Assembly: GCF_001194135.2 (NCBI RefSeq)
Contig: NC_068984.1
Location: 65,740,119-65,803,926, forward strand
DNA: 63,808 nt
Direction: 5' to 3'
Source: Octopus bimaculoides
Taxonomy: Eukaryota
Below the pieces are notes generated by a model, which did no database searches, was not told the origin of the DNA, and was given only the letters and a program-made list of their open reading frames with translations. This document shows positions 36,801 to 48,295 of the stretch, piece after piece (position 1 is the stretch's first letter; the number at the start of each line of letters is the position of its first letter). The translations under genes were made by a program, and so were the position numbers.

Positions 36801-39800
36801 AACATTTTTATAAATATTTGTTGAATAAATTGCTGATTCAAATGAAAAACTGAAACCAACTAAGTGAATGAATAATATATATTTAAATTCAATAGAGGAA
36901 AAAAAACTTTCTAGCATGTAGTAAAGTATCTTAAAAACTAGCTTTCATTTACCATAAGTTCCTTATCATCAATATGCATATCAGTACATATGTTAGTAAA
37001 TTAAACATATGAATATAAATGGATGTTCATACACATCTTAGTATACAACAGGGACTAAAAGTTAATGAACGCTAATGTTTATGTAATGGACAATCATAAT
37101 AGACAGATCACACGCACACAAAACTCACACATTTATATGTGACTACATTATTATATCTTTCTTTATTTGCCAGTAAAAGGAGAACCCAAGTTTTATAATC
37201 CCCTTAGGGCAGCTGTATTATTGAAATAGGAAACACTACATGAGTTAAGACATTGTAGATGTGTAATGTGAGAAATCTGATTTTAAAAAAAAACAGTAAC
37301 AATTGGAGAATGAATGGTATTACATTTGAGTCTAACAAAAAAAACAACTAATGTGTGAAACCAATGGCATCAAAACTCAAATCTCAAGACATCTAACAAG
37401 CAATGTATATACATCACTGCCTGTGGCTAGCATACTGGCAGTGTATTGCTGTACATAACAATTGTTAACAGTGATTATTTCATTAAAACAAATAAAGTAT
37501 AAAATGAGAGTTACATTACTAACAGATGCTGATAGTGAAACTAAATTTTCATTATACAACCAATACAGATATGGATGTGAAAAAGAGTGGAACCAGATTA
37601 AAATTTACCTTAATGAGCCAGTATGTGTTTTATGCTTCAAACTTTGCAGAGATAATTTGCTCATTTCATAAAAAGTGTAAATAACTATCCCATTAATTGG
37701 GGGTCACATTATAAAATAAAATATATTGATTTTTTACCTACAAAATGTGGAGCTCACTTTATATTTCAGATAATACTGCACTTGACTGAATAACAGACAG
37801 AAAGATAAATATGTATATACATATGTATATGTGTGTGTGTGTGTGTGTGTGTGCATGCACGCATGTGTATCATATTCATGTACATATACAACACACACAC
37901 ACACACGTGTATGTGTGTGTGTGTGTGAGTATGTGTGTATAGAATTATGTCATATGAGTCATTACTCATATACTATACATTTTCTTCAAACACAAGCCAT
38001 CTTGCAGTTTGGTAGGAATAGTGAAAAATATCACAGATGACATTAGCCAAAAAAATTACATAAACTTCTAACTCTACAGCATATATTGAGTACTAACATT
38101 GTCAGAGTAGAAGCAGTATGTAACATAATACAAGTTGGCATGTATTGAAGTCACTGAGGACAATAACTTCAAAGGAATTTGCAAATTGATACATAATCAA
38201 GCACCTGTTGCTTACTTCTTTTTTGGGGTGGGGGATGAGGATCCACAACAAATGGATTTAAAGATATGAAGAAATCCAAGTATAAACATTAGTTTTTTAC
38301 AATGAGGTTAGAATTGCAAATAATTGCAAATAGACTGGACAACAAATGTGAGCTAGAGAAAGAGGATGAGCCATCTTGTGCCACAAAGAAATAAGATGAG
38401 ATTTTCATGTTAGTACAATAAGGTATGAAGGTTCATGTTGAGACAATCTGTTATTGTTTTTCAATGGATTTTTCCTTAATGATTTCTTTCTTTAATGTTT
38501 CAGTGAAAGAGTAAAAACAGGAAACCAAGATTTGTTACTAACCACTGCACACATTCCTCTGAATAGCCAAACTGAAAGTTAATTGCTACTGATGGGCTTC
38601 TCATTTGTACGCAAGGTCATATACTAGTCATAAAATGGGGGAGATGATACAGATTTTTTGCACTGACTGAGTCATTACACATGTGTAACATCTGGGTTTC
38701 TGTTTTCCTTGGTAACAGACTTCCATCTGGAAACCTTTTCATTCTTTGCCTTCTGACACACTGACAATCCATAACAGTAAACATGGGAAAGATCAATCCA
38801 GAACAGCACATTTTCATATTGGGACCTACACCTTACTCAAGACAACTGGTCAGAACACAAGAGTTACTGTCTCAGTTATTAACCCTAATGATGTCCATAC
38901 AAGAAATGTGGTTGAGGCATATTAGTTTATTGATGCTGATATTTTTATATATTCCAGAGTAAATAAGATGATGTAAGGACTTTGTCATAGATGTATACAG
39001 TTGTTTGTTGTGGGATTGAATATATAGTTTGTGAGTTGGAATTTACTGCAACAACACACTGTATCCTTTAATGTCCAGTTGCTCTTTCATTTTGAGTATT
39101 TTTGATTATTTTGTTTATTTGATAAGAGATCAGCTCTTATCAAGCAAACTTACAGTGGAAGGCATTCCAACTATGATCATCTTCATTTGAAATATAGTGC
39201 ATACAGGACAATATTATGCAATATGTCCTTCCTTTATTAAACCAGTAGGATGTGATTTGAGACAGATATGATTGCTACTTCTAGCAGGTCAAACAAAATG
39301 TAAAATGTGCAAATTGTGCTCTTTCTGTTCTTTGCATTAAAAGAAGTAAAACATACTGAAACAATTAGTAACATGGCAATATTATTGTTAAGCTTGTTAT
39401 GAGTGTAAGTTAAACAAACCCAAGAAATAGTTATAAATAACCAGAAATACATGAATTTGAAAAAGTAAATGCACATAGAGAACAATAGATACACTCAGAA
39501 AAGATTATGGATACAGAAGCTGATATCTATTATGAATATATTCAGGCAAGCATGAAGTCAAAAAGAATAATTAAAAGCAGGGGAAAAGGAAAACAATCAA
39601 TTGTGGTTGATAGAAGTATTCATCAAAACCAGACAACTAAGAATATGTTCATATATCAGTAGCTAAATAATAGAAAGATAAATCAGTTACAAAAAATGTC
39701 ACACCTTTAAAAAATGTCTTTCTGCTGAAGAATATCTACTATTCGTATAAATTATGTACAAACTGAATAACCAGTTATTTTTGTGCAACTAAACCTATGA

Positions 39801-41049
39801 AATGACAATGTCAGATGTCTCCTTGGTTAGAGTAGTGAATTACAAATGATTCATTGGTCAAACACACTAGCTAAGAAGTGTTTCAATCTGGTTTTGTGAC
39901 TATTATATGGAGCTTACTTGTTTTGAGTGAAGTATTTAAGTGGAGACCTGTCAGATATAGTATGATATGAAATCTGCTTTTGTAATTAAAAGTTTCTGCA
40001 GTGTTTGCTGAGTTTAGCAAATTTCAGTTAAGTGGTGTAGAATAGTTAGGACTTTTCATGATATATTACAAAGAATTTGTTCCAAGAAATGACAGTAATG
40101 TATTACCATTTTGATGTAATATGTTCCAAAGGGTATAATGGCAGCAATTTTAGAACTGATGTTACAGTAATTCTTAGAATGCTATTATAAAATAAATGTT
40201 ATAATAATATTGAAGCATGAATGTGAGAACGAGTGTTTGATGTGTTGCTGCAAGTAATGTGTAGACTGAAATAACGTACAGTTTTGAAAATATACACCTT
40301 ACATACCTAGGTATATTTTAAAGTGGGATATTTTGAAAAATAAATTTTCTTCCATAATTTGCATTGGCCCATACGATATTTTCTTCAACATCAACCCTGG
40401 TCAACATTTCTATGACAATAATTCTAATATTTTTTCATAAAAATTACAATATATAATTTAATTTTTCAACTCTAGTTGTTGATTTCTTTCAAATATCTAA
40501 CAATTTAACATCTGCCTTATAACAAAATTTTGAATCATAGAAAATCTCTTAGGGCTAACATAAAAAGGAAACTTCCAACAGGGGGGTGGCAATTATCAGT
40601 AGTGAAATCATTCATGAAATGAATTGTTTAAATGCTCAGAAGCATTAACAGAAGTTATTAACAGATTCTCTTTCCTACATGATTTCATTAGGAATGAAGT
40701 TGGGTGCTCAGAAAAAATAATAAAGTAAAAATGGGGCTAGAAAGTTTTGATAATTTTTCCATTGCTCTGCTGACAACAAACAAATTCTCCCTTTGGGTGA
40801 AGGGCAGACTGTATAATGCTTCTGTATAAAGTACAAACTGAAAGGCAAACATAGGTACTGAATGTAGAAGATGTGTGAAGACCGAGAAGGAATGAGCCAA
40901 TCATCTTCCACAGGATGTATAACGTGAGGGAGCATAAAAAACAAAGTACAAAAGAGTTGAAAAGAAAAAGAAATCTTAAGTGAAAAAATCTCAGATGTTA
41001 TGTGCAAGAGAGGGGATCGTAATGGTAGAGACTTGTGGTGTGTATTGTC

Positions 41050-41330
41050 AGATAATTAAGTGCTAAATGATAAAAACTGATGGAACCTGCAAAGAGAAAG
41101 ATCAAAGAAGACATTTAGAGAAGGCTGACAGTGGATATCGTGTCCCTGACATCTAACTATTAATGAGTGTTGTTCAACTTGATGTTGTGTATGAGAGAGA
41201 GACATGCTATGTGTACTGAAAATAGCATCTGGATAAAGAAACACTATATAAGCAAAGTAGAAGGAACTTGTGGAGAGGAAGACCAATGAAGACATGTGAA
41301 GAAGGAAACACTATCAGGATGTTGATCATC
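41050..41330 (+). mobile_element. RTE LINE ORF C-terminal fragment
   Basis: WIKKHYISKVEGTC(G)RGRPMKTCEE matches the 61.2 kb copy (VEGTCGRGRPRKTWEE). Confidence 0.7.
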
Positions 41331-41334
41331 ATTC

Positions 41335-41600
41335 ATCATCATCGTTGTTTAACGTCCGCTTTCCATGCTAGCATGGGTTGGATGATTTGACTGAAGACTG
41401 GTGAACCCGATGGCTGCACCAGGCTCCAATCTGATCTGGCAGAGTTTCTACAGCTAGATGCCCTTCCCAACGCCAACCACTCCGAGAGTGTAGTGGGTGC
41501 TTTTACGTGCCACTGGCACGAGGTCCAGTCACACAGTACTGGCTATGGCCACGCTCAAAATGGTGTTTTCTACGTGCCACCTGCACAGTAGCCAATCCAG
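41335..41600 (-). mobile_element. 3'UTR/tail of the same RTE family, or an RTE-tailed SINE
   Basis: catcatc..tttaacgtccgctttccatgctagcatgg..ggctgcaccaggctcca..gatgcccttcccaacgccaacc matches 60575-60720; (GAT)n tail on the minus strand. Confidence 0.8.
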
Positions 41601-42975
41601 CTGCACAAATTGCAAAAGAAATTTTTTTATTAAATTCCAATTTCTCTTAAAAAACACTCAATTTCCCTCCCTCCTCCACTTCCCTGCTTCCAAAAAACTA
41701 ACAATTTCATGTTTTACACATGATGAAGATGACAAAAACTACAAGTGGCAAAGCTGGAGTGCTTTATCACTTACAGCAGTTTTTAGTTCAAATTGGTGTT
41801 AAATATCAGGTGACATTTTATGCACCATGAGGAAGTATAGTTTTGTAAATGTTCTAATCTTTAATAAGACACACAAAGAAACATTTTAAAGAAGTGACAG
41901 AAATTTCTTCCAACATAAAATAATGATGGTTCATCACCATTTGACAATATAAGTTGTCAAATGAAATTTTAAAAGATTGTGTATGTCACATTAAAGTTGC
42001 ATAAAATAAAGTATCCATAGATTCACAACTTTAGCTGGCAATAATGCTTCTGAAAGAGAAATGGGGATAGAAAGAGAGAAAAACTGAAAAAGAGGAATAG
42101 ACTGAGGCATACAATCGTTTACAAGATTCTTTGCTGATACATAATTTTTGTCTTTAGCATCCTGGCATGCTTTAGATACATTTGCATACTAATAACTTGA
42201 TAATTAATATTCATGGCATTCTGAATACTGTAATGTTAAATATTTAACTGCCAATTACAATTAACACTGAATTCCAGAAAGGAAGCATTAAGCATATATA
42301 GTAACTTCTTCCAAAGCAGGAAATCATATACCCAGATTTTAAACACTCATTCTGTTTGGCTTATATTTATAAATACTACTGCATGGTTTTTAATCGATCT
42401 AATAAATTTAAAGTTTTGATTAAATTTCAGTGAAAATATCCATATATTAAAATATTACTAATTAAATTACAGCAATAGAAAAAATACAGGTCAAAATCCT
42501 TACAAAAATCATGCTCTACACCATTATAAACTGATTACATATATCAGCACATGGATATAAACTATACTAAAAGAATGTGTAATATGTTTAAGAAAGAGAG
42601 ACCAATTACTAGGAAAACAGTTAATAAAAAAACATTACTGAACCTAGAAACTAATTAAATGATTTTAACTAAATTCACTTTATTAATGAGGAAGGAAAAA
42701 AATTTAAACAAGTCAGGCAAGAAAAAAGAAACATAAAGTTAAGTAGGATATGGAGAGATTGCTGATGAAGTCCAATATAATAAAAAGTATTGACTGACTG
42801 AGAATGTATTTAATAATACCAGAATTAATCATATTAGCATTCACACTCGTTTCCAACATATCTATGTATATATGGTCTCATTACAGTAATACAACTTGTT
42901 CTCAATTAACATTGATATAGTGATGTGTAGCTGTGTGTATAGCTTTGTCTTTCAGCACTTTCTTCTATATTCTAT

Positions 42976-43023
<48 letters not shown>

Positions 43024-43266
43024 AACACACACAAGATATGTTGTATGTGTGCTTGTGTAGTTGTGTGGGCCTCTTCAGGTGACTATAAACGTGTGCAGGA
43101 ATATATACATAACTACATATACATGTACATAGCTATAATAATATATATATATATATATACACACAGACACACATGTGTATGTGCATATGTGTGTAATTGA
43201 GTGTGTGTGTCTGTATGTATGCATATGTATTAATATAGCTACAGAGACACTTATGTATATGATCAA

Positions 43267-43694
43267 NNNNNNNNNNNNNNNNNNNNNNNNNNNNNNNNNN
43301 NNNNNNNNNNNNNNNNNNNNNNNNNNNNNNNNNNNNNNNNNNNNNNNNNNNNNNNNNNNNNNNNNNNNNNNNNNNNNNNNNNNNNNNNNNNNNNNNNNNN
43401 NNNNNNNNNNNNNNNNNNNNNNNNNNNNNNNNNNNNNNNNNNNNNNNNNNNNNNNNNNNNNNNNNNNNNNNNNNNNNNNNNNNNNNNNNNNNNNNNNNNN
43501 NNNNNNNNNNNNNNNNNNNNNNNNNNNNNNNNNNNNNNNNNNNNNNNNNNNNNNNNNNNNNNNNNNNNNNNNNNNNNNNNNNNNNNNNNNNNNNNNNNNN
43601 NNNNNNNNNNNNNNNNNNNNNNNNNNNNNNNNNNNNNNNNNNNNNNNNNNNNNNNNNNNNNNNNNNNNNNNNNNNNNNNNNNNNNNNNNNNNNN
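43267..43694. other. Assembly gap
   Basis: N run. Confidence 1.
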
Positions 43695-44357
43695 TTGTGT
43701 ACAAGAATATGCCTAGTTTTGAACAGCAATTTAATAGCTATATTCAGAAAAATGCTTGGAAGGTATTTATAATGTTTGTATATTATGTTAAATGGTCTTC
43801 AACAAGCATCTCCCTGTTTTAGTATTTTATCTAACTTGTTAAAAGAAGATATGAATCTAAACAAACAATGCTTATTGTATGTATGCTATCATATACTGTA
43901 AATATAACAATAAAATCAATTGATCTAAACATTAAATTAGTAGTATTCTAGTTGTCTTTTATTACAAACAACACACCCAAAATGGCACCATTGTTTTCAG
44001 GTAACAAACACACACACACACACACACACATATACATATAAATACTTAGTATAAACAGTTTTTTTCCCTTTATTAATGCAAGTTTTTAATTACTTCTCAG
44101 TTATTTATATTCTTCTTAATTATTGGATTTAATTGCCTTTTTAAGGTTAATTTTGAGCCAAATGAATAAAATCTATTTACATTCGTAAATATAATGTGGA
44201 TACACATGCAAACTATTTGATACAGAATTAAAAGGGAAACCACCAACATGATTTCCTCCAATGCAGATTTGGGATTCTCCAAATATTTACATTTTGTGTA
44301 ATGCAAGTTATGTATATTTGTATATTTACTCTTATCTCAATTAGATATATCTATCTT

Positions 44358-44568
44358 TTACTTTTACTTGTTTTAGTTACTGGACTGCAGCCAAATTAGG
44401 GAATATTTCTTTAAATAAACCTTGAAGGGTTAAATTAAAGAAATCGACCTCAGTACGTATGTTTTTAAGTCTGGTACATATTTTATAGGTCTCATTTACA
44501 GGGATGTCAACAACACCAGTTGTCATGCAGTAGAAAGGTACAAACACAGCACAAAGACAAACACACAT

Positions 44569-44570
<2 letters not shown>
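44358..44570 (-). mobile_element. SINE family A 3' half (diverged, with a private AT-rich insertion)
   Basis: tacttgttttagttactggactgcagcc..aaatcgacctcagtac..aagtctggtac..caacaccagttgtca..aaacacagcacaaagacaaacac. Confidence 0.75.
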
Positions 44571-44603
<33 letters not shown>

Positions 44604-44832
44604 CATACATACATGCACACACACACACACACACATATATGCACACACACACACACACATATATATATATACATATATATATATAGAGTATCCCAAAAGT
44701 CACTGATGGATTTCAATTTTTAATAACTTCCTCAACTTTACAAACAAATGTATGAAATTTTCATACAATATAAAAGACATTATTTACATTATCTACATTT
44801 GACGGATATTCGTCCTCATCTTGTTTGTTGTT

Positions 44833-44878
44833 AACACAACGTTTCGGCTGATATACCCTCCAGCCTTCGTCAGGTGTC
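44833..44878 (-). ncRNA. Minimal type-I hammerhead ribozyme
   Basis: Minus strand: gacac-CUGACGA-a-ggcug[gaggguauau]cagcc-GAA-ACGU-U-guguu. The conserved core is intact. Stem I is gacac/guguu, stem II is a perfect 5 bp, and helix III is the palindromic ACGU, as in dimer-acting PLE hammerheads. Predicted cleavage after GUU. Confidence 0.8.
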
Positions 44879-44951
44879 TTGGGGAAATTTCGAACCTGGG
44901 TTCTCATTCCTATCGATGTTACTATTATTATATTATTATTATTATTAATCA

Positions 44952-45024
44952 GGTCGCTGCAGTGAATCGAACTCGGAACCTTGGGGTTAGTAGCCCGCGC
45001 TCTTAACCACTATGCCATATGCCC
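44952..45024 (-). promoter_or_regulatory. tRNA-like sequence with Pol III A and B boxes (not a functional tRNA)
   Basis: Minus strand gggcata-TGGCATAGTGG-ttaagagcgcggg-ctactaa-ccccaaggttcc-GAGTTCGATTC-actgcagcgacc. A box 45007-45017, B box 44964-44974, 7-nt anticodon-like loop; the acceptor stem does not pair properly. Confidence 0.8.
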
Positions 45025-45053
45025 GTGGGCAATTATAGGGTGAATTTTAAGGC

Positions 45054-45203
45054 TTATAAATATATTATTTTTCTATCCTTCCTCAATACCGGTTCCCATA
45101 TGCTATTCATATCTGCACTCGGTCTGCTTAGGAGGTTGTTGTGTCCTAGCATATGTGCTGCTTCTTTTAGTTTTCGTATTTTCCAGTGTTGTTCCCTGTC
45201 TAT
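45054..45203 (-). pseudogene. C-terminal 49 codons of a PLE GIY-YIG endonuclease
   Basis: Uninterrupted IDREQHWKIRKLKEAAHMLGHNNLLSRPSADMNSIWEPVLRKDRKIIYL*, matching the PLE pattern I.D.E..W..RK.KEA.h....N.L.R......IW.P.L. Missing from the ORF track because it has no start codon and is short. Confidence 0.8.
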
Positions 45204-46274
45204 TAGGGAATATTTCTTTAAATAAACCTTGAAGGGTTAATTTAAAGAAATCGACCTCAGTACTTATGTTTTTAAGTCTGGTACATATAAAAGACATAAT
45301 GGAAATTAATATGTACAAGTCAAATTGTGCAACACCATCAGATCACATATGAAAAATGACATCGCTTAAATGGCCGCCATTTTTGGCTTCGCTCGCCCGT
45401 GCTCTTTCCAAAACATGCACCATAACACCCTCAAGAGTTTCACACTTCACTTCACTTCACTGATTTCTCTATTGATGTTCTCCTTCAGTTGCACCAAGAT
45501 CTCTGGTTTGTTGATACTCTTTCAGGTATCTCCACAAGAAAAAATCTGGGCTAGTCAAGTCTGGAGAAAGTGAAGGTCATTCAAAGTGGACCTCCACACA
45601 TGGTTCCAGCAAGATGGTACAGCTGCTTATACTGCAAGAGAAACAATGCAGTTGCTACAGCAGTGCTTTGGAGAGACAATAATCTCCTGTTACGGCAACA
45701 TCAACTGGCCTTCATGTTCCTCAAACTTGACAAGCCCTGAGTTTTTCTTGTAGGGATACCTGAAAGAAAGGGTTTACATCAACAAACTGAAAACCTTGGT
45801 GCAAATTAATGAAAACTTCAATAGAGAAATCAAAGAATTGGGGTCTGGAATTCTTGAAGATGTTATGGTGCAAGTTTTGGAAAGAGCATGAGTGTGCAAA
45901 ACCACAAATGGCTGCCATTTAAGCAAAGTCATTTTTCATAAGTGATATAGTAGTGTTGTAAATTTTGACATGTGCATATTAATTTCCATTATGTCCTTTA
46001 TATTTTATGTTAATGTAATAGAAACAGTTATTGGCTTTATTAGACGAGCTCTATAATGAATATGTCATTTTTTTCTATACATATTTGTTGTTGTCGAGCA
46101 CTTTGGATTTTTCCATGACAGGATTTACCAGTCGTGCAGGAGGATTTACCTGGGATCTGTATTCTACATATATTTATTGGTGTCTAATTGTTGAATATTG
46201 TAAAGCGAAGTTCTTTTAATACTGAGTGCTTTATTGAGATCTACCAGGATTTTTTAATCCCGTTTTTCTTCTAG

Positions 46275-46319
<45 letters not shown>

Positions 46320-46334
46320 CACACACATATCAAT

Positions 46335-46500
46335 AAACATACACAACAAACTGCTTTTAGTTTCTCTTATCAAAATCCATCGATAATGCTTTGGTCAGCT
46401 TGGGGTTACAGTTAAAGACACTTGCCCAAGTTGCCACACAATGGGATTGAATCAAAGCCCACATGGTTGGGAAACAAGCTTCTAATCCATGCAACCACAA
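46335..46500 (-). mobile_element. SINE family A 5' half
   Basis: aaagacacttgcccaag..gggattgaatc..cacatggttgggaaacaagcttc. Confidence 0.75.
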
Positions 46501-46685
46501 GACTGTGTGTGATGGGAGGTGATAGTTGGGGGACATCCATTAGTTTTGTCCCATGTGACTTCACATTGTAATCGTTTGACAGAAAATTGTGCTTGTTTAT
46601 GGCTCTTGTAAGCAATACAACTTAAATAAATGGAGTTGCAGGAAACATGTGTACTGCAATTCAATTTTGAATCTAAATTTTACTG

Positions 46686-46748
<63 letters not shown>

Positions 46749-47260
46749 NNNNNNNNNNNNNNNNNNNNNNNNNNNNNNNNNNNNNNNNNNNNNNNNNNNN
46801 NNNNNNNNNNNNNNNNNNNNNNNNNNNNNNNNNNNNNNNNNNNNNNNNNNNNNNNNNNNNNNNNNNNNNNNNNNNNNNNNNNNNNNNNNNNNNNNNNNNN
46901 NNNNNNNNNNNNNNNNNNNNNNNNNNNNNNNNNNNNNNNNNNNNNNNNNNNNNNNNNNNNNNNNNNNNNNNNNNNNNNNNNNNNNNNNNNNNNNNNNNNN
47001 NNNNNNNNNNNNNNNNNNNNNNNNNNNNNNNNNNNNNNNNNNNNNNNNNNNNNNNNNNNNNNNNNNNNNNNNNNNNNNNNNNNNNNNNNNNNNNNNNNNN
47101 NNNNNNNNNNNNNNNNNNNNNNNNNNNNNNNNNNNNNNNNNNNNNNNNNNNNNNNNNNNNNNNNNNNNNNNNNNNNNNNNNNNNNNNNNNNNNNNNNNNN
47201 NNNNNNNNNNNNNNNNNNNNNNNNNNNNNNNNNNNNNNNNNNNNNNNNNNNNNNNNNNNN
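46749..47260. other. Assembly gap preceded by (GT)n
   Basis: N run. Confidence 1.
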
Positions 47261-48184
47261 TGATTGTCCCTTATACTATTACTACTAGATAAGAGACAAT
47301 AAAATCAGAGACAGAATTTTTGCCTAGAACCAATTTCTAGCCTGATAGACTTGACTATGTCAAGATGGATTTTTATGTATTCTTCCTCCCACTTGGATTT
47401 GAAATGTTGCCACAATTATAATATGTCTATTCTACTGTAATTTTCTGCATTTTCGTGCAGCTGAAGATTGCTCTACATATTGCATTTAATGTAATGCGCA
47501 CATTACTTAAATAAATGGAGTAGCATGAAACGTGCGTACTGCAATCATCTTTAAAATCTGTGTTGCTTATTTTGATTATATATATATATATATATATAGA
47601 TATATATATATATACTAACTTTACAACCATTAATGTTCAAAATGATCCCTTTATTTTGAGTTACAAACAGTTTGGAGTGCCTTCAGAAATCATACCAACA
47701 TGATAACATGCCTATAGATTGTCAATAAATTTGTGGATTACAAAAATATAAGAATGAAACTTAACTAAGAAATGTTGATGTGGCTGCCTTTGCAAATGTG
47801 AACATTGAACACCTAAAATACTGATATTTTATATAGACAAGTAAACCAATTAATCTCGCTGTTTTAATACAAGCTGACTCTTGCAGATGAAGCACAAAGC
47901 TCGTTCATTGCTTGTGAAAGATAAATGGGCCAAAATTGGTAATGCATTTCTGATGGAAGCTAAATGAAACACAAGTTGCTCACTGATCTGGACTATTCAA
48001 TGTTTTCCTGATGGATACACTAGAGCAGGGAAAAGAAACAGTTTATTACTGACATGTGATTAATTCAAGTGCTCAAAATCTGATCTTCTTGTTTTTAGAT
48101 TCCATTTTAAAACCAACAGTTCAATAAGTACATAATAATATATTCATTAGTACTGTCGGAATGAGTTAGATGATAGTAGTGATG

Positions 48185-48295
48185 TTGGTAGAGGTGGTGG
48201 TGGTGGTGGAAGTGATGGTGGTGGTTAGTGGTGGTGGTGGTGATGGTGGTGGCAGTGATGGTTGTTGTTGTTGTAGGTGGTGGTGGTGGTGGCGT
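48185..48295 (+). repeat. Imperfect (GGT)n/(GTT)n microsatellite
   Basis: Direct reading. Confidence 0.95.

Larger units (their letters stand above)
44781..45204 (-). mobile_element. Young 5'-truncated Penelope-like element: GIY-YIG C-terminus, tRNA-like module and hammerhead ribozyme
   Basis: See the sub-features. CpG-rich relative to its surroundings. Together with an 87-bp templated segment it is bounded by the 13-bp direct repeat atataaaagacat (44768-44780 and 45285-45297). Confidence 0.85.
44685..46010. mobile_element. Tc1/mariner (DDxD, maT/rosa-like) composite of two inverted 3' halves; host of the PLE insertion
   Basis: Plus strand 45590-45955: WFQQDGTAAYTARETM..NWPSCSSNLTSPEFFL*GYLKERVY..NGCHLSKVIF. 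Minus strand 45575-45340: SPDLTSPDFFLWRYLKE..KNGGHLSDVIFHM*. TIR-like tagagtatcccaaaagtcac at about 44684. Confidence 0.8.

Noticed and set aside
38617-38817. 66-aa Cys/Met-rich ORF, and the 69-aa ORF at 53488-53697
   Set aside because: No recognisable domain and no consistent splice signals; lengths are within chance expectation.
44952-45024. Possible genuine tRNA gene
   Set aside because: The acceptor stem does not pair and it is embedded in a transposon end; treated as a tRNA-derived promoter module.
48185-48295. G-rich tract as a G-quadruplex or Gly/Pro-rich exon
   Set aside because: A simple (GGT)n microsatellite with only GG runs; no coding context.
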